Positions 28,070-39,063 are shown, numbered from the whole stretch's first letter. The stretch: 60,382 nucleotides of DNA, filler included, from 5 parts of 5 records of this genome joined end to end with filler, not necessarily neighbours in it, one strand, 5' to 3'. Numbers and translations are program-made. Notes: generated by a model from the sequence alone, not told the origin.

Positions 28070-31000
28070 TTAGATTGCTTTGTCTATATCAATAAAGAAC
28101 TTTGATCCTTTTCCGGGTTTGCTTTCACACCAAACTTTACCTTGCATAGCTTCTACATATTTTTTTACGATCGATAGACCTAAGCCTGTTGATTTTTCTC
28201 CTGCAGTAGGTTTGGTACTTAAAACTTGAAATTTTCCAAAAAGTTTTTTTTGATCCTCCTCAGGAATTCCAGGACCTTCATCGCTCACAACCGATCTTAT
28301 TTTCTTTCCTTCTTCCCAAATCTTTACATTTATATTTTTGTGTAATGGAGAAAACTTAATCGCATTCGATATTAAATTCTCGTAGATTTGAGTCATATAA
28401 TTAGGATCAACCATAGCAAAAGAGTCTTCAGCATCAATTGTAAGTGTTAAGTGTTTCTTGTGCAAATGATCCTTAAAATGAATGTTAACAATCTCCATTA
28501 ACTTTCTTAAATTGGTTTTTTCCAATTGCATATTAATTGATTTGGATTCAATAACTCCAATGTCTAAAATTTTTGAAATCATCTTATTCATTCTTTGCAA
28601 GGCATTCAGCATGAAGCTTACATTTTCAAAATCTTCCGACTCTCCATTCGAATTCATTTTATCCTTAAGATATTCAGTAATGGATATTGTAGAGGTTAAT
28701 GGGTTTTTTAAATCGTGGGCAATAATTCCAATTAAATGGTTCTTTTCATGATTCAATTCTGTTAATTCTGTATTTTTTTGCTGTATCTCTTCTTTTTGAA
28801 GGTTGATATCTCTGTTGGCTTTTTGCAAACGCTTGCTTTGAACCTGTATTTTTCGGTACGATTGAGCGTTATCTACAGCAATACTTGCATAAACTGCAAT
28901 GTTCTGGAGTAGTGATAAATGATACTCCTGATATACATTTGTCCTGAAACTTTGAACTGTGATAACTCCAGTGACAATATCATTTATTTTTAGAGGTAAA
29001 TAGATAACAGATTTTGGAGTTCCTGATTCTTCTACCGGAATAATTTTAGTAATATATTTGTGATATTCCTTTTCCAAATCGGAAATGAAAACGTCTTTTT
29101 TCTTTTTGAAACAATATACTGCTAACCTTGTTTCATCTTCCAATGCAAATTCTACAGAATCAAGGTTTTTACCATCTTCTTTTATTCTAGGGAATAGTAA
29201 ACTATTGTTTTCTTTGTGATGAATTCCAATACCAAATATAGAGGCATCCATTAGTTCGTTTACCGATTCGTATACGGTATCAATAATACTTTCAACAGCT
29301 AAATTTGCGGTTATCACTTTCCCGATATCGTTCAAGTGAATTAGGTTCATATATGATTTTTGAAGGTTGTGAGATTGTTGTAAAATCTCATCCTTCTGAT
29401 TTTCCAGAATTTTATTTTGTGACTCAATTTCTCTTTTTTGATGCCTAACTTCTTTCGTTTTTTCTTTTACAAGATGTTCTAATTCAATTTTCTTTTGTTG
29501 TATGTTTCTCAATCTTACTCGCATTATTCCATAAATTAGAAGAGCAAGAAGAATAATACCCGTACTAATTGCCCACCAGGTGTTGTACCATGGAGGTCGA
29601 ATTTCGAAATGGTATTCGTAGGCGTTTGGAGTCCATTTTCCATCGCTATTGGATGCAATTATTTTAAAGGTATACTCTCCAGGTGGTATACGTGAATAAA
29701 TAGCTTCATTTTTTGATGAAATTGGTGACCAATCCTGATCTAAGCCTTCCAGTTTCCATTGGTACTTTACCTTTTCTGGAGCTTTATAACTTAAAGCCTC
29801 AAAATTAAAGGTAAGATGATGCATATCATGAGTTAATCTTAAATCCTGAGGAAGAGGAAACCATGGATTTACTCCACATAAACATTGGCTGTATTTTTCA
29901 TCGCGCCAGTTTACTTTTCTAAAAAACAATTTAATATCAGTAAGCTGAATAATTGGTGGATTTGGATTGATAACATCCTTAGTGGGATTGAACATCATTG
30001 CGCCATTTATGGTACCAAACCATAAATTCCCTTTTTTGTCCGTGTAGTTGCATGAGCCATTGTTTTCGATTCCAATAAAACCATCAAATTTATTATAGTT
30101 TCGAATGTTTTTTATTGCACCGGATTTATCGTAGTCAATTCGATCAACTCCATTTTGAGCTCCCACCCAAATTGAGCCATATTTGTCTTTTAATATCGAG
30201 TAGGCAATATCCGAACTCAGCCCTTCTTCTGAAGTTAGATAAGTCCATTTTTCATTGTCCCAAATGTTAACACCTCCACTAAATGTTGCAGCCCATATTC
30301 TTCCAGAAGTATCTTCAGTTACCTGCATTACCCATTTGTAATTGAGCCCATTGGTTTCATCAAAATTGATAACGGTATCTTTTTCGAACATGCTTAGTCC
30401 CTGGAAATGGGAAAACCAGGCACGCTTTTTTGAATCGACATAAACATTGGTTATCTGATTGGTTTTTAGACCGTGACTTTGAGTTGATATTTGAGTTCTT
30501 TTGCCACTTTTATCGTAATGAATAACTCCAAATCCTTGAGTAGTGAGCCACATTTCACCATCGTGCTCCAATATATCAATCACACCACTTCCTGCAGGTA
30601 ATCCATAACGTTCTGTAACATCACGAAAGGTATTGCCATTAAATTCAATTAAGCCATTAAAGCCAGACATTAATATGTTTCCATTAGGTAATTCATGAAA
30701 ATCACGGATGTTTAATAAGCCAGGATGGTCTTGCGGAGTATAAGATTTTCTTTCGTTTCTTTTGTATTGAACTATTCCTTTCCCTGAAATACTGAACCAG
30801 TAATTGCTTTTGGAATCCTGCATAATGGCACGAACAATATTGCCCCCTACATCATTTGTAAAATCAAGAGATAGGAATTTGTTGTTACCATATTTGATAA
30901 GTCCATTGCCACTGGTTGTCATCCAAATGTTTCCTTCGCGGTCTTCTACAATATTGTTAATAAATGGATTGATCAGTCCTCGGCTGGCATCTATTATTTT

Positions 31001-31867
31001 GGAATGATTTTTATCGATTACAAGAACACCAGTACCAAAAACACTAATCCAAAGCCTTTGTTCTGAATCAAGAGTAACGGAACCTATATTTTGCGGAGGA
31101 ATGCCATTCGGTAACTCAATTTTAACAGGTTTTCCATTTATCATTTTATAAAAAACTAAGCCATAATTTGGAATGAAATTTGAAAACCACAATTGATTTG
31201 ATTCATCCATTAATGCGGGTACAACAATTTGGTCTTCAAATTCAGGAATATCATTAAGTGGTGATCTCGAAAGTTTTTCATCTTTAAATTCGAAGAGCCC
31301 ATCAATAGTGACAATGTAAATAGTGCCAAAATTATCCATTAAGATGTTGCGAATCTGATTTCGATTTAGAACATTTTCGTGCTCTTTTATAAAATCTTTG
31401 AACTGACCTTTTTCTCTGTAAATGAGCTGTCGATTGGCTTGATCAACACCCATTGCCCAAATTCGACCTTTTTTATCTTCCAGGATTCTAAAATAAACCG
31501 CATTGGGAACACTATCATTTACACCATAGTTTTTGAAAGATACTCCATTAAAATTGGAGATTCCTATGCTTGTACCTATCCACAGTAATTCATTGGCATC
31601 CTGATAAAGTGAGCGAATGTTGTTATCCGCAAGTCCATGCCGTCTGTTGTAAGAAATAAAATCCTTACCATTAAAACGGGAAATACCACCGCCATTGGTT
31701 CCTAGCCACAAATTACCTTTTTTATCCTGTATAAGACTGAAGATTTCGGATTGCGGTAATCCTTCTTCCAAAGAATAATTTTGGAAGCTATACTGTTGAG
31801 CTTTCGATTGATAATTGGGGAATAAAATCAAGCAAAGACAAATCCAGGCGAACATCAATTTTCTCAT
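28070..31867 (-). CDS. Sensor histidine kinase: two-component-regulator propellers + Y_Y_Y + TM + GAF + HisKA/HATPase
   Basis: GLPQSEI...QDKKGNLWLGT repeats, YSRIPPGEYTF, GVITVQS, AHDLKNPL, NLISNAIKF, STGLGL. Confidence 0.92.
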   Translation of the reverse strand: MRKLMFAWICLCLILFPNYQSKAQQYSFQNYSLEEGLPQSEIFSLIQDKKGNLWLGTNGGGISRFNGKDFISYNRRHGLADNNIRSLYQDANELLWIGTSIGISNFNGVSFKNYGVNDSVPNAVYFRILEDKKGRIWAMGVDQANRQLIYREKGQFKDFIKEHENVLNRNQIRNILMDNFGTIYIVTIDGLFEFKDEKLSRSPLNDIPEFEDQIVVPALMDESNQLWFSNFIPNYGLVFYKMINGKPVKIELPNGIPPQNIGSVTLDSEQRLWISVFGTGVLVIDKNHSKIIDASRGLINPFINNIVEDREGNIWMTTSGNGLIKYGNNKFLSLDFTNDVGGNIVRAIMQDSKSNYWFSISGKGIVQYKRNERKSYTPQDHPGLLNIRDFHELPNGNILMSGFNGLIEFNGNTFRDVTERYGLPAGSGVIDILEHDGEMWLTTQGFGVIHYDKSGKRTQISTQSHGLKTNQITNVYVDSKKRAWFSHFQGLSMFEKDTVINFDETNGLNYKWVMQVTEDTSGRIWAATFSGGVNIWDNEKWTYLTSEEGLSSDIAYSILKDKYGSIWVGAQNGVDRIDYDKSGAIKNIRNYNKFDGFIGIENNGSCNYTDKKGNLWFGTINGAMMFNPTKDVINPNPPIIQLTDIKLFFRKVNWRDEKYSQCLCGVNPWFPLPQDLRLTHDMHHLTFNFEALSYKAPEKVKYQWKLEGLDQDWSPISSKNEAIYSRIPPGEYTFKIIASNSDGKWTPNAYEYHFEIRPPWYNTWWAISTGIILLALLIYGIMRVRLRNIQQKKIELEHLVKEKTKEVRHQKREIESQNKILENQKDEILQQSHNLQKSYMNLIHLNDIGKVITANLAVESIIDTVYESVNELMDASIFGIGIHHKENNSLLFPRIKEDGKNLDSVEFALEDETRLAVYCFKKKKDVFISDLEKEYHKYITKIIPVEESGTPKSVIYLPLKINDIVTGVITVQSFRTNVYQEYHLSLLQNIAVYASIAVDNAQSYRKIQVQSKRLQKANRDINLQKEEIQQKNTELTELNHEKNHLIGIIAHDLKNPLTSTISITEYLKDKMNSNGESEDFENVSFMLNALQRMNKMISKILDIGVIESKSINMQLEKTNLRKLMEIVNIHFKDHLHKKHLTLTIDAEDSFAMVDPNYMTQIYENLISNAIKFSPLHKNINVKIWEEGKKIRSVVSDEGPGIPEEDQKKLFGKFQVLSTKPTAGEKSTGLGLSIVKKYVEAMQGKVWCESKPGKGSKFFIDIDKAI

Positions 31868-32007
31868 AAAAAAACTCCTTTACTGATCTCAAATACTCTA
31901 ACGCGATTTAAGGTACAATTTTTTTAAAGGAATTGAAAGTCAAAAGTGCCAGATTTATTGTGCTTTTTGTTAGTAAACTGTTAAATTGTCAAATGAATTA
32001 CAGTTTA

Positions 32008-33099
32008 TTACTTGTTCTTTCTTCGTTTGCTATAATGTTTCGAATCTCCCCACTCTCCATAGCCAATTTCACCATCTGCCATGTTAATTCTTGCCTCCAT
32101 GCAATTGGTGCAATCATCAGCACCTTCATCAATACAAGGTTTGTTTTGGTATAAAAGGTAATTGGATCTCTCTTTTGTAGGAGTAATATTTGGCATAATG
32201 ATATTGGCTCCAAGGCGAAGTGCTTTTTCTCTTCCCAATGGATCAATTGCTTGCAAAGCAGTTGCAGATGCAATATTGATATCTTTCATCATGATTCTTA
32301 ATACTGCAATCATTTTAAGAGTCAAGCGAAAACGATCATTTAAGCTCATTAATTGATCACGATACTCATACATTGGAGTTTCATCATGCTCAATAAATGG
32401 TCCCATTCCTACCATATCGATATCGAACTTTTTCATGAACAGAAGATCATTTGCCAAATCTTCATAGGTCTGAAATGGAATACCGATCATTACACCTGTA
32501 CCGGTTTGGTATCCGATATCCTGAAGCGATTGTAGGCATTTAAGTCGTGTCTCATGAGAGTGCTCTTTGTTGTCTGGGTGTATTTTGTTGTAAAGTTCTT
32601 TATTACTCGATTCAATTCTTAATAGATAACGGTGAGCACCTGCGTCGAACCATTTTTGATAGGTTTCTTTGCTTTGTTCGCCAAGTGAAATGGTAATGCC
32701 AAGTTCGTTGTTACTAAGTTTTTTGATCTCTTTTAAAAGATTGGTAATTCTGTCAACAAAAGTTTGATCTGATCTTTCACCTGATTGCAAAACCATTGAT
32801 CCGTAGTTGTTCTCATAGGCGAATTTTGCTGCTTTCAGAATTTTTTCATCGGCAATATCGTATCTGTCCACATTCTGATTTCCTGCTCTAATACCACAAT
32901 ACAAACAATCTTTTTTACAGATATTTGAAAATTCTACTAATCCACGAAAGTGTACATTTTTGCCAATGTATTTTAATTTAACCTCTGATGATTTAACGAA
33001 TAATGCTTTTTCGTCTTCACCTTTAGATTTTAATAATTGAATGATATCTTCTCTTGTAAATTGATCTTGTAGTAAGATCTGCTCAACACTTTTCGTCAT
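32008..33099 (-). CDS. hydE: [FeFe]-hydrogenase radical-SAM maturase HydE
   Basis: RGLVEFSNICKKDCLYCG, HRYLLRIES, GANIIMPNITP, YLLYQNKPC; ATG at 33099 preferred to TTG at 33108. Confidence 0.95.
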   Translation of the reverse strand: MTKSVEQILLQDQFTREDIIQLLKSKGEDEKALFVKSSEVKLKYIGKNVHFRGLVEFSNICKKDCLYCGIRAGNQNVDRYDIADEKILKAAKFAYENNYGSMVLQSGERSDQTFVDRITNLLKEIKKLSNNELGITISLGEQSKETYQKWFDAGAHRYLLRIESSNKELYNKIHPDNKEHSHETRLKCLQSLQDIGYQTGTGVMIGIPFQTYEDLANDLLFMKKFDIDMVGMGPFIEHDETPMYEYRDQLMSLNDRFRLTLKMIAVLRIMMKDINIASATALQAIDPLGREKALRLGANIIMPNITPTKERSNYLLYQNKPCIDEGADDCTNCMEARINMADGEIGYGEWGDSKHYSKRRKNK

Positions 33100-33371
33100 T
33101 GGATACAATCTTCTTTAATTTCAATGGCAAAAATACTTATAAATTTCTAGCTTTTTGTACCATTGGTTACAAATTGGAGTTACGCACTTGAATCTCCGAA
33201 ATTAAATGTTTTTTGCAATCGTTTGAGAAAATGAATCGTAGAAATATTCTAAATTGTAATATTCGAAGCAATAAAATGATTTTTACTTACGGATTGTATG
33301 AAAAATCAGTCCATTAGGAGGGTATTATTACTATATTTGTCGGAAAATCGCAAAATTATAAATAACAAATC

Positions 33372-35429
33372 ATGATAAACGAACAGTTACTTAACCCCCA
33401 AAGTATTGTTGTTGTTGGAGGTTCCGATGATGTACAAAAACCTGGTGGAAAGGTATTGAAAAACCTTATTGACGGAGATTTTAAGGGTGAGCTTTATGTG
33501 GCGAATCCTAAAATGGACGAGGTGCAAGGAGTTAAATCCTTTAAAGATCCTAAGGATTTGCCTCAGGTTGATTTAGCGATTTTAGCTATTGCGGCTAAAT
33601 TTTGTCCATCTACAATTAAGTTTCTTGCCGAAGAAAGAAATACCAGAGCTTTTATCATTCTTTCTGCTGGATTTAGCGAGGAAAATGAAGAAGGGGCGAA
33701 ACTGGAGCAGGAAATTGTTGATATAGTAAACTCTGTTGATGGTTCTTTGATTGGACCTAACTGTGTTGGTGTTTTAAACTCTAACTATAACGGAGTATTT
33801 ACAACTCCAATCCCAAGTTTAGATCCTCAGGGATGTGATTTCATTTCAGGATCTGGAGCAACAGCTGTTTTCATTATGGAATCAGGTGTTCCTAAAGGAT
33901 TATCATTTTCAAGCGTATATTCAGTTGGTAATTCGGCACAAATGGGTGTTGAAGAGATTTTGAAATACATGGATGAAAGCTTCGATCCAGAAACTAGTTC
34001 TAAGGTGAAGCTTCTTTATATTGAGAACATCGATAAACCAGAAATGTTATTAAAGCATGCTTCTTCTTTGATCAGAAAAGGATGTAAGATTGCAGCTGTT
34101 AAATCTGGTAGCTCAGAAGCTGGTAGTCGTGCTGCATCTTCTCATACTGGTGCTTTAGCTAGCTCTGATGTTGCAGTTGATGCATTGTTTAAAAAGGCTG
34201 GAATTGTACGTTGTAGTGGAAGAGAGGAATTGACCACTGTTGCTTCTATCTTTATGCATCCTGAATTGAAAGGGAAAAATATTGCAATTATCACTCATGC
34301 TGGTGGACCTGCAGTAATGCTTACAGACTCACTTTCTAACAACGGTTTGGATGTTCCACATATTGAAGGACCAAAAGCCGATGCTTTATTAGAAAAATTA
34401 TATGGAGGATCATCGGTAGCAAATCCAATCGACTTCTTAGCAACTGGTACAGCTCAGCAATTAGGTGATATTATCGATGCATGTGAAAATGATTTCGAGA
34501 ATGTTGATGCTATGGCGGTAATCTTTGGTAGTCCGGGATTGTTCCCTGTATATGATGTATATGATCTTCTTCATGAGAAAATGAAGGAGTGTAAAAAGCC
34601 GATTTATCCAATTCTTCCATCTATTATTAATGTGAAGGATGAAATCGAGCATTTCTTGGCGAAAGGTAGAATCAATTTCCCTGATGAAGTTGTGTTTGGT
34701 GATGCTTTAGCTAAAGTATATCATACAACTAAGCCACAGCCGGAAGAAATTGAAATGCCTGAGGTTGATAAGGCAGGAATTCGTAAGATTATTGATGAAG
34801 CTGAGAATGGATATTTAAGCCCTGAGCAACTTCACAATTTGTTAGATGCCGCAGGAATTGAAAGAGCTAAAGAAGGTGTTGCCGATACCGAAGAGGAAAT
34901 TGTTGCTTTAGCAAAAGAGATTGGTTTCCCATTGGTGATGAAGGTTGTTGGACCAGTTCACAAATCGGATGTTGGGGGAGTAACTCTTAACGTTAAAGAT
35001 GAAGCAACTGTTCGTTCTGAATTTAAAAGAATGATGCAGATTAAAGATACATATGCTGTAATGTTAGCACAAATGCTAAGTGGTACGGAGGTATTTATCG
35101 GGGCAAAACGTGAAGATAAATTTGGTCACATGGTATTGTGTGGTTTAGGTGGTATCTTTATTGAGGTTCTGAAAGATGTGAAAGCATCTCTTGCTCCAAT
35201 TGCTAAGGATGAAGCTCATGAAATGATTCAGGGATTGAAATCTTACGGTATCATTAAAGGTGTAAGAGGGCAAGAGCCAGTTAACGAAGATAAGTTTGCT
35301 GAATCAATAACAAGAGTAGCTGCTTTAATGAAAGTTGCTCCTGAAATTTTCGAAATGGACTTGAATCCGCTATTGGGAAATAAAGATGCGGTTGTTGCTG
35401 TTGATGCAAGAATCAGAATTGAAAAATAA
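33372..35429 (+). CDS. ADP-forming acetate/acyl-CoA ligase (fused alpha-beta, ATP-grasp)
   Basis: CoA-binding PQSIVVVGGS, IGPNC, SHTGALA phospho-His, HKSDVGGV, DLNPL. Confidence 0.92.
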   Translation: MINEQLLNPQSIVVVGGSDDVQKPGGKVLKNLIDGDFKGELYVANPKMDEVQGVKSFKDPKDLPQVDLAILAIAAKFCPSTIKFLAEERNTRAFIILSAGFSEENEEGAKLEQEIVDIVNSVDGSLIGPNCVGVLNSNYNGVFTTPIPSLDPQGCDFISGSGATAVFIMESGVPKGLSFSSVYSVGNSAQMGVEEILKYMDESFDPETSSKVKLLYIENIDKPEMLLKHASSLIRKGCKIAAVKSGSSEAGSRAASSHTGALASSDVAVDALFKKAGIVRCSGREELTTVASIFMHPELKGKNIAIITHAGGPAVMLTDSLSNNGLDVPHIEGPKADALLEKLYGGSSVANPIDFLATGTAQQLGDIIDACENDFENVDAMAVIFGSPGLFPVYDVYDLLHEKMKECKKPIYPILPSIINVKDEIEHFLAKGRINFPDEVVFGDALAKVYHTTKPQPEEIEMPEVDKAGIRKIIDEAENGYLSPEQLHNLLDAAGIERAKEGVADTEEEIVALAKEIGFPLVMKVVGPVHKSDVGGVTLNVKDEATVRSEFKRMMQIKDTYAVMLAQMLSGTEVFIGAKREDKFGHMVLCGLGGIFIEVLKDVKASLAPIAKDEAHEMIQGLKSYGIIKGVRGQEPVNEDKFAESITRVAALMKVAPEIFEMDLNPLLGNKDAVVAVDARIRIEK

Positions 35430-35466
35430 TACAGAATACCGTTCGGAATTTAAATTATAGTTTGCA

Positions 35467-35619
35467 ATGAGAAAGTGGAAAGACCTTAATAAGAATGAGA
35501 AGATGATGATCTGTTTTGTGGTTGTTCTGTTAATTGGGATTGCTATAAGATGGAAAGAGGTGAAAAGTGGGTTTTTAAAAGGAATTGATAACTACACAGA
35601 GCAAGCAGAAAAAGAATAA
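35467..35619 (+). CDS. Small 50-aa single-TM protein (below the ORF-track cutoff)
   Basis: MRKWKDLNKNEKMMICFVVVLLIGIAIRWKEVKSGFLKGIDNYTEQAEKE, followed by a hairpin at about 35624-35651. Confidence 0.6.
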   Translation: MRKWKDLNKNEKMMICFVVVLLIGIAIRWKEVKSGFLKGIDNYTEQAEKE

Positions 35620-35706
35620 GACAATAGCATGGGAATTTTCTCATGCTATTTCTTCAAAGGGAAGTTGAAAGAATATCGCTTCTATTAAAATCTAATTATT
35701 GCTAAA

Positions 35707-36399
35707 ATGAGAAAACAAGATTTATTATTTTGGATGGGATTTGTGCTATTGTTCCTTCCTTTTTTCATATCACAAACCGTATTTGATGCCTATATTGATT
35801 TTAACAAAGCACATGGAATGGTAACCAGTTTTGTAAAATTTGCAATTTTGGCAACTATTGGCGAGGTTATCGGATTAAGAATTCGTACTGGTAATTATTA
35901 TCAAAAAGGTTTCGGCGTTATTCCCAGAGCAATTGTTTGGGGATTTTTAGGATTGACCATTAAATTGGCGTTTGTAATTTTTGCAACTGGAACACCAATT
36001 TTTCTATCTTATTTAGGCGTGGAAGGTGCTGTTGAAGCAATGAAAGGTCCATTTACCGGAAGTAAATTATTGGTTGCTTTTAGCATAAGTGCTTTTATGA
36101 ATTTGATTTATGCTCCTGTAATGATGACGCTTCATAAAATTACTGATATTCATATTGTGAATAATGGAGGAACGGTTCTTGGTTTATTTCGACCAATTCA
36201 GTTTTCAAAAATATTTGTGAATATGGATTGGGGAGTACAATGGAATTTTGTGTTCAAAAAAACTATTCCATTTTTCTGGATTCCTGCTCATACAATTACC
36301 TTTTTATTACCTGCTGATTTTCAAGTTCTATTCGCTGCAGTATTAGGAATTGTATTGGGTGTTTTACTTGCCATTGCAAGTTTGAAAAGTTCCAAATAA
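35707..36399 (+). CDS. Mpv17/PMP22-like membrane protein
   Basis: Multi-TM; KTIPFFWIPAHTITFLLP..QVLFAA. Confidence 0.75.
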   Translation: MRKQDLLFWMGFVLLFLPFFISQTVFDAYIDFNKAHGMVTSFVKFAILATIGEVIGLRIRTGNYYQKGFGVIPRAIVWGFLGLTIKLAFVIFATGTPIFLSYLGVEGAVEAMKGPFTGSKLLVAFSISAFMNLIYAPVMMTLHKITDIHIVNNGGTVLGLFRPIQFSKIFVNMDWGVQWNFVFKKTIPFFWIPAHTITFLLPADFQVLFAAVLGIVLGVLLAIASLKSSK

Positions 36400-36454
36400 T
36401 TTTATCTTTGTGTAAGATAAAAACAATAACACACTATCATTAAAATATAGTCCT

Positions 36455-36976
36455 ATGAGTAAAATTGGATTGTTTTACGGGCCTGAAGGCGGAAATGTAG
36501 AAAGAGCGGCAAAAATTGTAGCTGATAAAATTACAACTACTGAAGTAGAAGTTCATAAAGTAAAGGATGTTGATGCGGATGTTGTAGCGCAATATTCATG
36601 TATTATTATGGGAATTTCTACATTAGGAAAACACACATGGTCTTCTGATAATACAGGAAACGATTGGGATAACTTTTTACCAAAATTGAATGGTTTAGAT
36701 TTAAAAGGTAAAAAAGTAGCTCTATTTGGTTTGGGTGATCATATCGCTTATGCTGATTTCTTTGTTGATTCAATGGGAGATCTTGCTGATGTTATAAAAG
36801 AAACCGGAGCAGAACTTATTGGTCAGGTAAGTGATGAGGGATATGAGTTTAATGAATCCAGAGCATTTGTTGACGGGAAGTTTATTGGCTTGCCTCTTGA
36901 TGAGGATTTTGAGTCGGATATGACAGAAAAAAGAGTGACGAACTGGCTGAAGATTGTTTTGCCAGAATTCGAATAA
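36455..36976 (+). CDS. Long-chain flavodoxin
   Basis: GLFYGPEGGNV, GKKVALFGLGD...FVDSM, F.GLPLDED. Confidence 0.92.
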   Translation: MSKIGLFYGPEGGNVERAAKIVADKITTTEVEVHKVKDVDADVVAQYSCIIMGISTLGKHTWSSDNTGNDWDNFLPKLNGLDLKGKKVALFGLGDHIAYADFFVDSMGDLADVIKETGAELIGQVSDEGYEFNESRAFVDGKFIGLPLDEDFESDMTEKRVTNWLKIVLPEFE

Positions 36977-37000
36977 ATTAATAATATTCAGATAGTATTT

Positions 37001-37033
37001 AAAGGCTGACGGTTTACCGATCAGCCTTTTTTT
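37001..37033 (+). terminator. Intrinsic terminator
   Basis: AAAGGCTGA-CGGT..ACCG-A-TCAGCCTTTTTTT. Confidence 0.75.
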
Positions 37034-37265
37034 ATGGATTTGAAATCAAATTACTGTCATAGGTAATGATTTGATAGATTTAAAACGATTACTTTGTTTA
37101 GATTGCAATCAAATAAGATTAAACTGTTTTAAATTGTTATTAAAATTCGTAAAATTGCATAAGATTATTAAGTGAGATGGATATGAATGCTTAAGGATTG
37201 AAAGTAGCATATTTAGAATCTTATTTCACGCTGTTAACCCAAATAACCAGAGAAAATATAGAACC

Positions 37266-38594
37266 ATGATTGATACTCCTATAAATAAAGAAATAGTAGA
37301 TAATAAATTACAAATTTGCGGAATCGACGATATGGGCGATGCATCTATTCGTGATGTGGTTCGTGTTGTAAACATGATTGAGGAAGAGTCAGGAGAGAAG
37401 TTCATAAGAATGGAAATGGGTGTTCCTGGTTTGAAACCGGCTAAGGTCGGAATTGATGCAGAGAAGAAAGCTTTAGAAGATGGAGTTGCATCTGCCTATC
37501 CTATGTTAGAAGGGGTTCGCGAGTTAAAGGAAGAGGGTTCTAAATTTGTGAAGAATTTCATGAATGTTGACCTAAATCCAGATGGTGTTGTGCCAACAGT
37601 TGGTTCTATGCAAGGAGGTTATGCTGCATTTATGGCAATTGGTGGTTGCGATGCAAAAAAAGATACGATTTTATTTATTGATCCGGGATTTCCTGTTCAA
37701 AAGACTCAATTAGAGGTAATGGGACAGAAATATGAATCATTTGATGTATACAATTATCGTGGAGATAAATTAAGAGCTAAGCTTGAAGAGTTTTTGGCGA
37801 AAGGAAATATTGCTGGTATTATTTACTCCAACCCAAACAATCCTGCTTGGATCTGTTTCAATGAGGAAGAGTTAAGAACAATTGGGGAATTGGCAAATGA
37901 GTACGATACGATTGTAATGGAAGATTTAGCTTATTTCGCTATGGATTTCCGCACTGATTTGGGGAAGCCGGGCGTTGCTCCATATCAACCAACAGTTGCA
38001 AATTATACCAATAATTATGTGTTGATGATTTCAAGTTCGAAAGCATTTAGTTATGCTGGTCAGCGAATTGGTTTACTTTGCATTTCAGATGAATTGTACA
38101 AAAGAAAATACGAAAACCTTAAAGCCAGATTTGGTGGTGAAGAGTTTGGCTATACAGTAATATACCGAATAATTTATGCTCTATCTTCCGGAACATCTCA
38201 TTCAGCACAATATGCACTTAGTGCAATGTTGAAAGCTGCAAATGAAGGAAGTTTTGATTTTATCAGCGATGTTAAGGAGTACGGAGAAAGAGCACAAATC
38301 ATGAAAAAACTGTTTACGGATAATGGTTTTGAATTGGTTTATGATACAGACGTAAATGAGCCATTGGCTGATGGATTTTATTTTACCATTTCTTATCCGG
38401 GAATGACAGGAGCAGAATTGAATAAGAAATTACTTTACTATGGAATTTCTGCCATTTGTTTAGTTGAAACTGGTAGTTTGAAAGAAGGTTTACGCGCATG
38501 TGTTTCGCAAATATCAAGAAGTCAGTTTCCAGATTTGGAATACAGGCTAAATGAGTTTGCAAAGCATTATCAATTAGAGAATAAGTTAGGCTAA
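37266..38594 (+). CDS. PLP-dependent aminotransferase class I/II
   Basis: YSNPNNP, EDLAY, SSSKAFSYAGQRIG. Confidence 0.92.
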   Translation: MIDTPINKEIVDNKLQICGIDDMGDASIRDVVRVVNMIEEESGEKFIRMEMGVPGLKPAKVGIDAEKKALEDGVASAYPMLEGVRELKEEGSKFVKNFMNVDLNPDGVVPTVGSMQGGYAAFMAIGGCDAKKDTILFIDPGFPVQKTQLEVMGQKYESFDVYNYRGDKLRAKLEEFLAKGNIAGIIYSNPNNPAWICFNEEELRTIGELANEYDTIVMEDLAYFAMDFRTDLGKPGVAPYQPTVANYTNNYVLMISSSKAFSYAGQRIGLLCISDELYKRKYENLKARFGGEEFGYTVIYRIIYALSSGTSHSAQYALSAMLKAANEGSFDFISDVKEYGERAQIMKKLFTDNGFELVYDTDVNEPLADGFYFTISYPGMTGAELNKKLLYYGISAICLVETGSLKEGLRACVSQISRSQFPDLEYRLNEFAKHYQLENKLG

Positions 38595-38786
38595 TTAGAT
38601 ACTTAATATCTTAATCCTAAATAGATTATATTATTTAGACTGAATGTAAATTCAAGTGTTTAGGTGTAATGAATTGAAGTTCAGTTGATTTAGGAAGGTG
38701 ATGAATTGTAAGCTAAATCATGAAAAATGCTTTTGAATTGTTACCTTTATAGTGTGAAAAACATTTAATTTTTAATCATTAATGCT

Positions 38787-39014
38787 ATGGCAAAATTTAA
38801 AGGTGCTATTGTAGTCGAAACCGAAAAATGTAAAGGATGTGGTCTTTGTGCCGTTGCTTGTCCTACTAAGGTTATCGAGTTGGCAAGAGATGTAAATGGT
38901 AAAGGATACCATTATGCACACATGGCTAATCCAGACGCTTGTATCGGTTGTTCAAGTTGCGGTTTAGTTTGTCCTGATACTGTTATTACAGTGTATAGAG
39001 TTAAGGCAAGCTAG
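38787..39014 (+). CDS. 2[4Fe-4S] ferredoxin (delta subunit of 2-oxoacid:ferredoxin oxidoreductase)
   Basis: CKGCGLCAVACP and CIGCSSCGLVCP. Confidence 0.93.
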   Translation: MAKFKGAIVVETEKCKGCGLCAVACPTKVIELARDVNGKGYHYAHMANPDACIGCSSCGLVCPDTVITVYRVKAS

Positions 39015-39063
39015 TACAATAGGTGCTAAATAGTAAAACTGAAATTTTATAAAAATATTTGTA

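Noticed and set aside
31998-32273. 91-aa same-strand ORF overlapping the hydE 3' end
   Set aside because: hydE is intact in its own frame through its conserved C-terminus; no evidence of a frameshift.
26560-33099. Absence of hydF next to hydG/hydE
   Set aside because: The contig is truncated; hydF may lie elsewhere, so absence is uninformative.
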